In this document: piece by piece, positions 45,047 to 54,964 of the stretch
Numbering within the stretch: the first letter of the stretch is position 1
How the letters are laid out: every line of letters starts with the position of its first letter
Source of the DNA: Candidatus Parvarchaeota archaeon
GTDB taxonomy: Archaea; Nanobdellota; Nanobdellia; WJKC01
Direction: 5' to 3'
Length of the DNA stretch: 64,000 nt
Assembly (NCBI GenBank): GCA_030615175.1
Contig: JAUWZX010000001.1
Coordinates: 588,044 to 652,043 of the forward strand
Made by a program: the position numbers and the translations under genes
The notes under the pieces: generated by a model
What the model saw: the letters and a program-made list of their open reading frames with translations, nothing else
What the model was told of the DNA's origin: nothing
Database searches by the model: none

Positions 45047-45291
45047 GATGTAAAATCAATCTTCCCACCTATTTAAGTCTTACTATTGTATGATTATCGT
45101 CGTATTTCACTAAGAAGCAAACATTTCTTACTAACTTTTCATCAGCCGAGATGTAACACCTGTTATTTAACGCCCACAGATTAACCAGAACCATGGTGAA
45201 CAAACCATTATAAATAACTCTTAATTTCTAATACCTAAGTCTTCAGAAAAGGTTTAATAATAATTTGCTAACTAAAAATAACTTTTAAGGT

Positions 45292-46101
45292 TTAATTCAT
45301 TTTTATTCCTGCTTTCTTCAATGCTTCAATAATGTTTAATGAAAGGTCATTACGAACAGGCCAGTAATCCTTAATACTCATCATGGGCTTCACAGTGATG
45401 TAAGAAACGAAACGATCAATCTTGGATACAAAAACATCAGGAGAAGGCTCTTTTAGTATTCTTTCATCCTTGTCAAGCAATTTTTTAATAACTTTTATCG
45501 CTTCCTTAATATTATAAGCATGCGAGACAGGAATCACAAACTCCTTTCTCAACTTCTTAAGAGCAGTTAAGTTCTTAATAGCGCTGCTCCAAATCTTTGC
45601 GTTAGGAATAGTAACTTTAGTGTTATTAGTGGTTCTGAATGTAGTTGCTGCAATGCCAAGTATTTTAACTTTGCCAGTCACGCCTGACACTTCAACCCAA
45701 TCACCAATTTTAAACGGTTTAAAAAATAATATGAACAGGCCTGCTGCTAAATTACTGAGCGTATCTTTCAAAGCGAAACCTATGATGAAACCCATTATTC
45801 CAAAACCAGCGAGGATGCCAGTCAAGTCCACGCCTAACGTGCCTAGAATAGTTGTTATTAGTACAGCCCAGAAGATGATGCCAATCGCTTTCTCAAGGAA
45901 AGTCTTAATAGTGTATTCAATCTTCACTTTGTCAAAGAATTTGCTAATCATTTTCTGAGCGATTTTAATAATTATGAATCCGACAGCGAGAATCACGCAG
46001 ACAGCTCCGAGTTTAGGAATGAGGTCCGTAACTTGTGATTCAATGTTTACAAAATTGCCTGTTAAAATACTAAAGACGTCAGCCATATAGAGAGAAATCA
46101 A
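45292..46101 (-). CDS. small-conductance mechanosensitive channel (MscS family)
   Basis: 269 aa. Three N-terminal TMs, then ..FKIGDWVEVSGVTGKVKILGIAATTFRTTNNTKVTIPNAKI. Confidence 0.8.
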   Translation of the reverse strand: MISLYMADVFSILTGNFVNIESQVTDLIPKLGAVCVILAVGFIIIKIAQKMISKFFDKVKIEYTIKTFLEKAIGIIFWAVLITTILGTLGVDLTGILAGFGIMGFIIGFALKDTLSNLAAGLFILFFKPFKIGDWVEVSGVTGKVKILGIAATTFRTTNNTKVTIPNAKIWSSAIKNLTALKKLRKEFVIPVSHAYNIKEAIKVIKKLLDKDERILKEPSPDVFVSKIDRFVSYITVKPMMSIKDYWPVRNDLSLNIIEALKKAGIKMN

Positions 46102-46172
46102 TTAAGTATGTATTTAAAAACTTTTTACTAATCATAATGATTGGCGCGTCAGTACTGACAGCCCTGATAAGA

Positions 46173-46418
46173 TTATTCTTGGAAGAATGCTATTTTCCTG
46201 ATTCTGTTCATTTTCTTAATCCTTAATTCCAGTTTCATTGCATTACTTCTTGACAGGCATTTCTTGGAATTAACTAGTTTCACTGGTCTCCTGGCTTTAG
46301 TGTACTTCGCTCCCCTGCCAGAATTATGCTCCTTAACCCTTCTATCAAGATTACTCGTTATACCGCAATAAAATGAATCATCCCTGCACTGCAGTAAATA
46401 TATCCACCAAGCACTCAT
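46173..46418 (-). CDS. GIY-YIG nuclease family protein
   Basis: MSAWWIYLLQCRDDSFYCGITSNLDRRVKEHNSGRGAKYTKARRP (GIY..YIG..R..H/E..N pattern). Start moved to the internal ATG. Confidence 0.8.
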   Translation of the reverse strand: MSAWWIYLLQCRDDSFYCGITSNLDRRVKEHNSGRGAKYTKARRPVKLVNSKKCLSRSNAMKLELRIKKMNRIRKIAFFQE

Positions 46419-46460
46419 AAAACATATATAAAGCATCACTTCTTTAATTACTTTTTAATA

Positions 46461-46613
46461 ATGGATTCCGCGGTTGAACAGAAAATGTGCAAGAAGTGTG
46501 GCAATCAAGAGGCTACTCTAACTAAATCAGATTGGGTTGAAGGCAAGGGATTTACTTTTTTCGTCTTCAATTGTAATAAATGCAATCTGAAAAGGAAATG
46601 GCAAAGCAAATGA
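46461..46613 (+). CDS. 50-aa zinc-ribbon protein
   Basis: MDSAVEQKMCKKCGNQ..FNCNKCNLKRKWQSK with two CxxC pairs. Below the track cut-off. Confidence 0.4.
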   Translation: MDSAVEQKMCKKCGNQEATLTKSDWVEGKGFTFFVFNCNKCNLKRKWQSK

Positions 46614-46620
46614 TTTAATC

Positions 46621-47886
46621 CTAAATGTGATCTGAATACCTGCCTTCATCAAGTTTAGACTGTTTAAGAGAATCATAAATGCATGAATCCTTTAATGACT
46701 GGTCAGACAGCAGGCTGCAGGAATCCATGTCACAAGTCTTCCAATTATACGTCAGGCACGCGGTTAATAAACCATAAGTATACCTGTTACGCTGTGTTGT
46801 ATCACTTATCCTATTGCAAAAATTTATGTCCTCCAAGTAATTGCATCCAATAAGAGTGCAGTTAGCATAATTAGTCGCGTCCCTGCATAGAAGAGGGTCA
46901 CTTCTCAAGTAAGCAAAGTTTGCAAAACAATTATCCCTTCTCGTTTCATTAAATGCATAGCAATAATTTATGTTATTCTCAACTAATGCATTGCATTCAT
47001 CGTAAAAAACAGTTGTTAAATTAACAACATTCTTAACGCTTTCACAAGGGTTAACGCCTTCCTTAACGTGATAGGCAAAGCAGGCTAATATCTGCTGATA
47101 ATCAGTATTATTTGAATCATAATAATATCTTTCACAGATAGTATAATTATTCAAGTGATTAAGGAATGCGTCGCTTTTTATTATGTTCAAGCAGCTTGAC
47201 GTCTTAGTTGTATTAGTGATTAAGTTACAGTAATAAACCTTTTTTTCAATGCGCGCCCTGTTTTCAAGAAAGCTGTCAATACTGTTATAACAATCCTGCC
47301 TTAATGCTGGTTCAAGGATATTGCAGGAAACCTTACTATTGCTTAATATTGCTTTACAGGAATTCCTGGTGTATGAAGTGTTTATTAATTCGCAAAGCGT
47401 TAAGTTAAAACTTATTTTAGCGAATTCGAACACGCAGGCTTCATAAATTGAATCTAAACAGTAAGATACATCTTCAAATAATAATGTGTTGCAGCGTGAT
47501 TTAATGCTTCCTGAACTTATTGCATCGCAAGGATTCGCGTACGTGCAGGCCTGCGATTCGCTTGGCTTATCAGTTGTTACATTACAGTCATTTAAGTCAG
47601 TGCACGTTCTTGTCTGCAAACTCTGGATTGAGCAGTCAGTCCAGTTAGTGCACGTCCAATTAGTAGTGCATTCCACTTCATCATCAGTAACTACATCTTC
47701 AGTACACGTCCATGTGCAATTACAATTAGGGTATTCACCAACATCACCCCAGGACCCTGAACAGTCAGTATGGTTTCTTTCACTGCAGTAATCAATGCAT
47801 TGAATCTCAGTTCCATTTTCCTGGGTGCATCCAAGGATTACTGAAAGAGATATTAATGCAATTATGAACATAATCTGTTTTAACAT
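46621..47886 (-). CDS. Cys-rich secreted lipoprotein
   Basis: 421 aa. Signal peptide plus ILGC lipobox-like site and very many Cys. Shares the 6-Cys module (aa 73-114) with ORF 27732..28862. Confidence 0.6.
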   Translation of the reverse strand: MLKQIMFIIALISLSVILGCTQENGTEIQCIDYCSERNHTDCSGSWGDVGEYPNCNCTWTCTEDVVTDDEVECTTNWTCTNWTDCSIQSLQTRTCTDLNDCNVTTDKPSESQACTYANPCDAISSGSIKSRCNTLLFEDVSYCLDSIYEACVFEFAKISFNLTLCELINTSYTRNSCKAILSNSKVSCNILEPALRQDCYNSIDSFLENRARIEKKVYYCNLITNTTKTSSCLNIIKSDAFLNHLNNYTICERYYYDSNNTDYQQILACFAYHVKEGVNPCESVKNVVNLTTVFYDECNALVENNINYCYAFNETRRDNCFANFAYLRSDPLLCRDATNYANCTLIGCNYLEDINFCNRISDTTQRNRYTYGLLTACLTYNWKTCDMDSCSLLSDQSLKDSCIYDSLKQSKLDEGRYSDHI

Positions 47887-47940
47887 TTAATGTATATGTA
47901 ATATAAAGTCCTGTTTTATAATATTTTTGAAGAATAATTA

Positions 47941-49116
47941 TTATTTAAAAATAGTTTTTAGTGCATGCCTGCTTACTTTCTTAACATGTTTCTTGTTGCT
48001 GATGATTCTCATGCGCCACGTGTTATTGTAAGTTTCATTAATCACTTTAGCCATTAAACTAATCCTTGTTATAGGCTTCAAGCCATTCTTAGTTAATACT
48101 TTTATTCTTGACTCCTTCATGACTGGCAGTTTAGGCAGGTCAATTAATACATCACCGCTCCTTGCTCCTGCAAGACTTGTTAATTCCTTTTCCTTTTCCT
48201 CCTTTAACTTCCAATTAACAGCCATCCTCTTAATCACTGGTTTCTCATCATCACTTAACTCCCTGTACTCCCTGACAACCGCCTGTTTCAGTAAATTCCT
48301 CTCAATCAACCTGCCAGCCTGCCTTTTAATCTCCTTATCACCTGAATTAATAAGTGAGTTAATAACCTCTGAATCATTCATCCTGAACAAGTCATTCTTC
48401 TTAAAAACTTTATTCTTCAACGCTTTTGACAGGCAATAGCACAGCATTGCGTCGCAAATTCTTCCAATCTTATGATTATAAACTGTCTCGCGCATAATGT
48501 ACCTCGCGAATAATAATGCTTCAGCAGCCCTTAACCCCTTCCTATCTAAGACTATGCTTCCTTTATGATTCACTAAAGTGTACAGTAACCTGTCAGCGTC
48601 AACGCCTTTACCGTAAGCCACTCCGCAGTGATGAGCATCCCTTATTAAGTAATCAATCCGGTCAACATCTATGTCATTATCAATTACTTGATGGCTGATG
48701 CACTTATCATTCAGTATTATGTTAATCACGCTCTTAACATTGATACCATGCTTCTCCATTATGCTTGAAATCCTTGACTCATTAATCATATTGACTGACA
48801 TGGTTTCATGATTTGATTTTAAGAATATTTCAGCTAAGTGGGAGAAAGCTGGATGCCCGATATCATGCAGTAGAGCGGCAATCCTTAACCCTGTTAACTC
48901 TTCCCCCTTAATGCCTAACCCGATGCCTGCCTTGTTAGCTAAGTGCATGGTGCCTAGTGAGTGCTCGAAGCGTGAGTGCATTGCTCCAGGGTATACTAAG
49001 TAAATCATTGATAATTGCTTGATGTACTGAAGCCTCTGGAATACTTTGGTCTTAATTAGGGCCTGTTCAGCATTAGTTAATTCAATATTCCCATGAATCG
49101 GGTCCCTGATAATCAT
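47941..49116 (-). CDS. HD-domain phosphohydrolase (dNTPase/SAMHD1-like)
   Basis: 391 aa. HSRFEHSLG, LLHDIGHPAFSH, DVDRIDYLIRD. Confidence 0.75.
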   Translation of the reverse strand: MIIRDPIHGNIELTNAEQALIKTKVFQRLQYIKQLSMIYLVYPGAMHSRFEHSLGTMHLANKAGIGLGIKGEELTGLRIAALLHDIGHPAFSHLAEIFLKSNHETMSVNMINESRISSIMEKHGINVKSVINIILNDKCISHQVIDNDIDVDRIDYLIRDAHHCGVAYGKGVDADRLLYTLVNHKGSIVLDRKGLRAAEALLFARYIMRETVYNHKIGRICDAMLCYCLSKALKNKVFKKNDLFRMNDSEVINSLINSGDKEIKRQAGRLIERNLLKQAVVREYRELSDDEKPVIKRMAVNWKLKEEKEKELTSLAGARSGDVLIDLPKLPVMKESRIKVLTKNGLKPITRISLMAKVINETYNNTWRMRIISNKKHVKKVSRHALKTIFK

Positions 49117-49173
49117 TGATTTATCATAGAATAAACAAATATTTAAATGATTATATAAATTAATAGTAATTAA

Positions 49174-50424
49174 ATGGGTTTTTTTGATTTCTTTAAAAAA
49201 GAAGAAGCAGTAGTTGAATTAGAGTTAAGCATTGATGAATTAAGCACTAAGATTAAGGATGAACTTCTTGAACTTGAACAAGTGAAGCCTGAACTTATTG
49301 AAGGCATTAACTCTGAACTCGGTGAATTAAAAAAATCAATAAACATTCTTATTAATGCCAAAGTTAATGAAGAAGTAAGCATGGCATTATTAATCGGGGT
49401 TAATAATTCAAGAAGAGTGTTATGCAATTTAATTGATTCAGGTATTATCATAAAAAACCCTGACACGTTGACAGGGCTTAATGAATACTTAAAATTAGTT
49501 AATAACTTAATTAATAAGGCTCATAAAGCTTTTAACAGGCATGGAGGCAGGGTTACCTTCATTTATAAGAAGGAAACTTCAAAACTAACTACTGCACTGG
49601 ATAATTTAAGTCTTGAACTAAAATCCTGCACTGAGAAGATTAATGAAGGTTTAGCGCGGATTAAATCACTTAAGAGTGTTGAAGAATTAATCTTAAAGTA
49701 TGAATCATTATTAAACAAGTTAAGCGATTTAAAAGAGGATTCATCACTTAATCATGAATCATTAATCGAGTTAAAAGGCAGGGAGAAAGAGCTGCAAAGC
49801 GAGTTAAAAAATTTATCAGGCAGTAATGAATTAATAAAGGCAGAGGAGAATAAGGAACGAATTAATGAGTTAAGAGATGAATTAAAGAATTTAGAGCGCA
49901 GGGCTGATTTCATAATATCTGACTTCTCAAAAGCGTTGAAAAGGTTCTCGCATGGCTCTAAAAACAAGATTTTCAATTTATTACTGTCAGAGCCATTAAT
50001 GACTATATCAGAGTTCACGGATGATTTCATAAAAGTCAGGGATGCAGTGCTCCGTGAATTAGAGAGCGGGGCTATTGCATTAAAGGATAAGCAGTTAAGC
50101 AAGACTAAGGAATCATTATCAAGCAATGAATTAATTGAATTAGCTGGTAATTATTCAAGAATTAATAATGAATTAAAAACGTTAAGCAGTAAGACTGGGG
50201 CGATAAGCGTTAAGTCAGGCATTGAAAGCAGTATTAATAAGTTAACCAGGAGAAGGGAGTTAGCGGAGAAAGAAGGTTATGGATTAAAGGCAGACATTAA
50301 TTCAGTTAATAAGGAATTAAGTGAATTATTGGAAAGAGTTAAGGGCAAGGCAGGCAGTGTTTTTAATTCAGTCATTACTTTAAAAAACATCATTATAGTA
50401 AGGAATATTACTAAAAAAAAATGA
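49174..50424 (+). CDS. coiled-coil protein
   Basis: 416 aa, Glu/Lys/Leu-rich heptad-like sequence throughout. Confidence 0.5.
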   Translation: MGFFDFFKKEEAVVELELSIDELSTKIKDELLELEQVKPELIEGINSELGELKKSINILINAKVNEEVSMALLIGVNNSRRVLCNLIDSGIIIKNPDTLTGLNEYLKLVNNLINKAHKAFNRHGGRVTFIYKKETSKLTTALDNLSLELKSCTEKINEGLARIKSLKSVEELILKYESLLNKLSDLKEDSSLNHESLIELKGREKELQSELKNLSGSNELIKAEENKERINELRDELKNLERRADFIISDFSKALKRFSHGSKNKIFNLLLSEPLMTISEFTDDFIKVRDAVLRELESGAIALKDKQLSKTKESLSSNELIELAGNYSRINNELKTLSSKTGAISVKSGIESSINKLTRRRELAEKEGYGLKADINSVNKELSELLERVKGKAGSVFNSVITLKNIIIVRNITKKK

Positions 50425-50442
50425 GTCTTGAATAATATTAAG

Positions 50443-50452
50443 TTTTATAAAT
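50443..50452 (+). promoter_or_regulatory. BRE/TATA-like element upstream of tbp
   Basis: AAGTTTTATAAAT sits about 40 nt upstream of ATG 50493, with a GGAG (50482..50485) Shine-Dalgarno-like site in between. Confidence 0.4.
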
Positions 50453-50492
50453 AAGTATCTTATACTTTAAAAAAAAATAAAGGAGTTAATTC

Positions 50493-51038
50493 ATGAGTGT
50501 TGATGTAAAAATAGTTAACGTTGTTGCAAGCGTCACAACATTTATGGATATTCCATTAGATAAACTGGCAGCAACACTGCCTAACACTGAATATAATCCG
50601 GAACAGTTTCCAGCACTCGTGTTAAGGCTTAAACCCTTGAAGGTTACTGCGCTTGTTTTTAGTACAGGTAAATTAGTATGCACTGGCGCTAAGTCAGAAA
50701 AAATACTTAAGGAAGGAGTAAAGGAGATACTGGCTGAATTTAAAAAAATAGGGTTAAGCACTAATAAGAAACCTGAGATAAAAATACAGAACATGGTTGC
50801 ATCAGGCAACTTGCACATGAATTTTAATTTAAACACCCTGGCATTTAAATTAGATAACGCTGAGTACGAGCCAGAGCGATTCCCAGGATTAGTGTATAAA
50901 GTGCCTAACAGTCACACATCATTCTTAATATTCGGTACTGGCAAGATTGTAGTAACAGGAGCAAGGAGTGTTGAGGAAGTTGAAACAAGTGTTAAAGAAC
51001 TCACAATCAAGCTTAAAAAAATAGTTAAATCAAAATAA
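50493..51038 (+). CDS. tbp: TATA-box binding protein
   Basis: 181 aa with two direct repeats: IVNVVASV..YNPEQFPALVLRL..ALVFSTGKLVCTGAKS and IQNMVASG..YEPERFPGLVYKV..FLIFGTGKIVVTGARS. Confidence 0.95.
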   Translation: MSVDVKIVNVVASVTTFMDIPLDKLAATLPNTEYNPEQFPALVLRLKPLKVTALVFSTGKLVCTGAKSEKILKEGVKEILAEFKKIGLSTNKKPEIKIQNMVASGNLHMNFNLNTLAFKLDNAEYEPERFPGLVYKVPNSHTSFLIFGTGKIVVTGARSVEEVETSVKELTIKLKKIVKSK

Positions 51039-51049
51039 AAAAGGACACT

Positions 51050-51841
51050 ATGACGCTAACAATACTTAAAATAGGAGGCTCGATAATAACAAAGAAGAAT
51101 TCAATAGAGCCGGAAATTAATCATGCAGAACTAAAGAGGGTATGCAGGGAAATCAAAGAAGGAAAAAACGGAAAGTTAATACTAATACATGGAGCAGGCA
51201 GTTACGGGCACCCGATAGTGAATCGGACTGGAATACATAAAGGCATAAGTAATGAAGAACAATTAAAAGCGTTCGGGGAAACGCAGGCATTGCAGAATGA
51301 ATTAAATAGTATGGTATGCAAGGAATTAAAAAAAACAGGTTTGCCGGCAATACCAATACAGGCATCAAGCAGTGCAGTGATGGAAAAAGGACAATTATTA
51401 TACATTGATACTAGAGTGATAAAGGGGTTGCTTGACTTAGGCATGGTGCCAGTATTATATGGTGTACCAGCTTATGATGTTGAGCAGGGGTGCAGTATTC
51501 TGTCAGGTGATGTGATAATCACTTACTTGGCGCTTGAATTAAATGCGGATAACGTTATACACGCTTCAGACGTTGACGGGGTATATGATAAAGACCCTAA
51601 AAAGCATGAAGATGCCGTCCTGTTAAAGGAATTATTAACGCTTGACAATTTGAATGTTACTGGCTCGAATCACGTGGATGTGACTGGAGGAATGCGTAAG
51701 AAAATCAGTCAATTACTGAATGCAGGTGTCACAGCACGGATAATAAATGGTTTAAAGGAAGGAATGATAACGCTTGCATTAAAAGGTGAGAAGGGTATTG
51801 GAACCATAATAAAGTCAGGCAGGGTGCAAAACCATTTATAA
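51050..51841 (+). CDS. isopentenyl phosphate kinase
   Basis: 263 aa, amino-acid-kinase fold. ILKIGGSIITKK, LIHGAGSYGH, ..DVDGVYDKDP. Confidence 0.8.
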   Translation: MTLTILKIGGSIITKKNSIEPEINHAELKRVCREIKEGKNGKLILIHGAGSYGHPIVNRTGIHKGISNEEQLKAFGETQALQNELNSMVCKELKKTGLPAIPIQASSSAVMEKGQLLYIDTRVIKGLLDLGMVPVLYGVPAYDVEQGCSILSGDVIITYLALELNADNVIHASDVDGVYDKDPKKHEDAVLLKELLTLDNLNVTGSNHVDVTGGMRKKISQLLNAGVTARIINGLKEGMITLALKGEKGIGTIIKSGRVQNHL

Positions 51842-51868
51842 TTAAAGAACACTTATTTTAGATGTTTT

Positions 51869-53083
51869 ATGAATAATATTGAAGACATAATTAAAGGATT
51901 AATTGAGAATAAGATTAAATTCTATGAGGTTGAAAAACTTGTTAATAATGATAAGGGATTAGCAACTCATATTAGGGCGCAGGCAATAGAGGAAATGTGG
52001 GGTGTTAAGATTCCATCAATTAAGTCAACATGTATTAAAGAATATCCTTCAATGCCAGCGTCTCCTACTATTGGAAGCACACAAATACCTGTCTCTATTA
52101 CAGGTCCTGTCAGGATTAACGGTGACTATGCTTATGGGTTATTCCCAATCCTTCTTGCAACAACTGAAGGAGGCTTAACAGAGAGTATTGGAAGGGGTTG
52201 TAAGATTATTAACCTTAATGGAGGGGTTAACACACAGATTAGAGAAGACCTTGTTGGTATTGCAAGAGCGCCTTGCATAAAAACAATTGGCATCCGCGAG
52301 GCAGAGAATACAAGGAAATGGATTAAGAATAATTATGATGAAATAAAGAAAGTTGTTGAATCAACAAGCAATCATTTAAGTCTTAAAAAAATTGATACTT
52401 ACGTGTCAACAAGGTATGTTTACCCAAGATTCATTGCATACACTAACAAGGCGTGTGGAATGAACATGATTACTATTGGTGCAAGAAAGGGTGTTGATTA
52501 TATTATTGATAAAATAGGGGATAAGTATGGTCTTAAACTGCTTGCAATGAGCGGTAATGTCTGCGTTGATAAGAAGTCAAGCAGTATGAACTTAATTGAA
52601 CATATTGGTTTCCCAGTATCTGCAGAGGTAAGAATTAATAATCAGTCAATTAAGCATTTTCTTAAGACAAGTATTGACGCCATGCTTGAAACTTATCATG
52701 GCAAGAATGTTATTGGCAGTTTCACTGCTGGAGTTATTGGTAATAACTCTCAAGTCGCGAACGTGATTGCAGCAATTAACGCAGTTACTGGACAGGATCT
52801 TGCTCATGTTGTTGAAGGAAGTCATGCAATACTTGACATGCAGAGAGAAAATGATGATTTATATGTTGCTCTTGAAATCCCTGCTTTAAAGATTGGAATT
52901 GTTGGTGGAGGTACTCCTTATCCTACGATGAGGGAGGCAAGGGAGCTCATGGATTGTGATGAGAATATTAGGAAGTTGCCTGAAATTATTAGTGCTGCAG
53001 CTCTTGCTGGAGAAATTTCACTTAATGCAGCTCTTTCTAGCGGGACTCTTGCTTCATCTCATAAAAGACTGGGGCGCTTGTAA
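51869..53083 (+). CDS. hmgA: hydroxymethylglutaryl-CoA reductase (class I type)
   Basis: 404 aa. ..LATTEGGLTESIGRGCK.., ..KACGMNMIT.., ..GIVGGGTPYP... Confidence 0.85.
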   Translation: MNNIEDIIKGLIENKIKFYEVEKLVNNDKGLATHIRAQAIEEMWGVKIPSIKSTCIKEYPSMPASPTIGSTQIPVSITGPVRINGDYAYGLFPILLATTEGGLTESIGRGCKIINLNGGVNTQIREDLVGIARAPCIKTIGIREAENTRKWIKNNYDEIKKVVESTSNHLSLKKIDTYVSTRYVYPRFIAYTNKACGMNMITIGARKGVDYIIDKIGDKYGLKLLAMSGNVCVDKKSSSMNLIEHIGFPVSAEVRINNQSIKHFLKTSIDAMLETYHGKNVIGSFTAGVIGNNSQVANVIAAINAVTGQDLAHVVEGSHAILDMQRENDDLYVALEIPALKIGIVGGGTPYPTMREARELMDCDENIRKLPEIISAAALAGEISLNAALSSGTLASSHKRLGRL

Positions 53084-53119
53084 TGAATTTCCTAATTGGC
53101 TCTGATACTCAGAATAATA

Positions 53120-53256
53120 CGCCAGGGGCAGGATTTTCCCAACCATTTGTTCTTTTCCGTCAACGCTTTTTTTAAAAGGGTTGTTTTGAACCTGCGCGAG
53201 ATTTCTCTCACTCGCTTTCGAGGCGAGCGCCTTAAACCGGGCTTGGCTACCCTGGC
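53120..53256 (-). tRNA. tRNA-Ser (anticodon CGA) with 51-nt intron in the T-loop (53134..53184)
   Basis: Reverse complement folds as acceptor GCCAGGG/CCCTGGC, D arm GCC..GGC, anticodon arm CTCGC-CTCGAAA-GCGAG, long variable arm TGAGAGAAATCTCG, T stem GCAGG/CCTGC, discriminator G. The T-loop TTCAAA[51 nt]T is interrupted at about position 59/60. Confidence 0.8.
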
Positions 53257-53281
53257 GTGATTAGTAATATCAGGCATAAAG

Positions 53282-53289
53282 TTTATAAA
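53282..53289 (+). promoter_or_regulatory. BRE/TATA-like element
   Basis: ATAAAGTTTATAAAT sits about 26 nt upstream of ATG 53315. Confidence 0.45.
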
Positions 53290-53314
53290 TGATTTGCCCT
53301 CATTATCCTTTTTA

Positions 53315-53590
53315 ATGATTAAGCAATCAAAATTATTTAATGACTTGTACAGTAATATTCAAAACTCAGTTAGTGATGATGAATTAATTGACGGGATTAA
53401 TGAATTAATAATTTTTAATGAAAAAACAAGCGCGTTAAATGACAGTTACTTAATTGACTGCGTTAAGAACGCTAAGAAAACACTTGAATACTTCAGTAAG
53501 TTTAAACAAGTTTTTTACTTAAATATCATTGATGTTAAGTATAGTATTAAAGAAAGTTATGAAGCTGACTTAAAAAACCAGGAATATTAA
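53315..53590 (+). CDS. hypothetical protein
   Basis: ORF from ATG 53315 (the track uses TTG 53294). About 91 aa and helical. First gene of the HerA-like/SWIM cluster. Confidence 0.4.
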   Translation: MIKQSKLFNDLYSNIQNSVSDDELIDGINELIIFNEKTSALNDSYLIDCVKNAKKTLEYFSKFKQVFYLNIIDVKYSIKESYEADLKNQEY

Positions 53591-53635
53591 CTAAACACTA
53601 TTTTTTTATATTCAATCATCATTAATTAATAATTA

Positions 53636-54964
53636 ATGGTTCATGACATAATTCTCGGACGAACTGAAGATGACTTGGCGAAGTATGGTTCGCGCGGCGC
53701 ATTAGTCATAGGCAAGCAGTACATTACTATGGGCAAGACGATAAGTCTTGCTAACAGAATACTATTAGACGTTGCCAAACCACACTTAGTGCTAATAAGC
53801 GGTAAGCGCGGCAGCGGCAAGTCTTACACTCTTGGAGTTATTACTGAAGCAATGGTTCAGATGCCTGAAGAAGTGGCGTTTAACATGGCAGCAATCATTT
53901 TTGATACAATGGGTATTTACTGGACAATGAAGTATCCTAATTACAGGGATGAAAAATTACTCGCTGAATGGGGTCTTGAACCAACTGGTCTTGAAGATAA
54001 AGTAATAATTTATGTTCCTAAAGGATTATTTAATAAGTTTAAGGAAGCTGGAATACCGGTTGACCACGCGTTCAGCATTGCGTGCAGTGAAATAAGTAGC
54101 ATGGAATGGTGCATGCTGTTCAATGTTAAAGTCACCGGATTATTAGGGATATTAATTACAAGACTTATCGGTGAATTCATGGAGGCAGGCCTGCCTTACA
54201 GTATTGATGACGTAATCAAGAAAGTTGAGGCTGATAAGAAAGCAGATAAGACGACCAGGGAAGCAGTTACTAATTTATTCTCAAGCATTAAGCCGTGGGG
54301 ATTATTCTCAAAGGGGGGCTCTAAGACTATTGATTTATTAAAGAGGGGTAAGACAAGTGTTCTTGACATCTCAGGCTACGCTCACATGCAGGGCGGCTTC
54401 AGTATCCGCGCATTAGTTATTGGCTTAATAAGCAAGAAGATACTGGAGGAAAGAATGATTGCCCGCAAGATGGAGGAATTAGCATTAATCCAGAAGGGTT
54501 ACAGGGCTTTAGAGGAAATGTATAAAGATAAGGATAAAGCAACGAATATTCCTCAAGTATGGATATTCATTGATGAGGCTCATGAGTTCCTGCCAAGGGA
54601 AGGTGAAACCCTTGCGTCAGGCGCTTTAATTCAGGTTATTAGGGAGGGCAGGCAGCCAGGCGTGTGCCTTGTACTAGCCACACAGCAGCCTGGCAAGGTT
54701 CACACTGATGTCATAACTCAGTCTGACATAGTGTTAAGTCATCGCTTAACAGCGCGCATTGACATTCAGGCATTAAATCAGGTAATGCAGACTTATCTTG
54801 CTGGTGACATTCAGAAGTACATTGACCAATTGCCAAAGATTAGAGGAACAGCAATAGTTCTTGATGACAAGTTAGAGAGGATTTACCCAATACAGATTAG
54901 GCCAAGAGTAACGTGGCATGGAGGCGCTGAACCTGAAATCCTAAAGCCTGAAGAAGAAAAGTGA
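53636..54964 (+). CDS. HerA/FtsK-class (COG0433-like) P-loop ATPase
   Basis: 442 aa. Walker A LISGKRGSGKSYT, Walker B VWIFIDEAHEFLP, ..VLATQQPGKV.. arginine-finger-region-like motif. Confidence 0.65.
   Translation: MVHDIILGRTEDDLAKYGSRGALVIGKQYITMGKTISLANRILLDVAKPHLVLISGKRGSGKSYTLGVITEAMVQMPEEVAFNMAAIIFDTMGIYWTMKYPNYRDEKLLAEWGLEPTGLEDKVIIYVPKGLFNKFKEAGIPVDHAFSIACSEISSMEWCMLFNVKVTGLLGILITRLIGEFMEAGLPYSIDDVIKKVEADKKADKTTREAVTNLFSSIKPWGLFSKGGSKTIDLLKRGKTSVLDISGYAHMQGGFSIRALVIGLISKKILEERMIARKMEELALIQKGYRALEEMYKDKDKATNIPQVWIFIDEAHEFLPREGETLASGALIQVIREGRQPGVCLVLATQQPGKVHTDVITQSDIVLSHRLTARIDIQALNQVMQTYLAGDIQKYIDQLPKIRGTAIVLDDKLERIYPIQIRPRVTWHGGAEPEILKPEEEK

Noticed and set aside
45185-45216. CCAGAACCAT..CAAACCATTATAAATA resembling a shortened copy of the island repeat
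   Set aside because: Only a 10-mer plus a generic TATA-like element match, and the palindrome is absent. It may be a degenerate relative, but I cannot distinguish that from chance plus promoter consensus. A similar weak resemblance occurs at 40593..40637.
47486-51444. Assorted antisense ORFs (47486..47791, 48119..48439, 48516..48698, 49170..49466, 49752..50126, 50486..50836, 51153..51368, 51202..51444)
   Set aside because: Each lies opposite a longer ORF with clear motifs or consistent composition. None has motifs or its own promoter-like element.
53092-53277. 61-aa ORF on the minus strand
   Set aside because: Coincides entirely with tRNA-Ser(CGA) and its intron. An Arg/Lys-rich translation of structured RNA is not a plausible protein.
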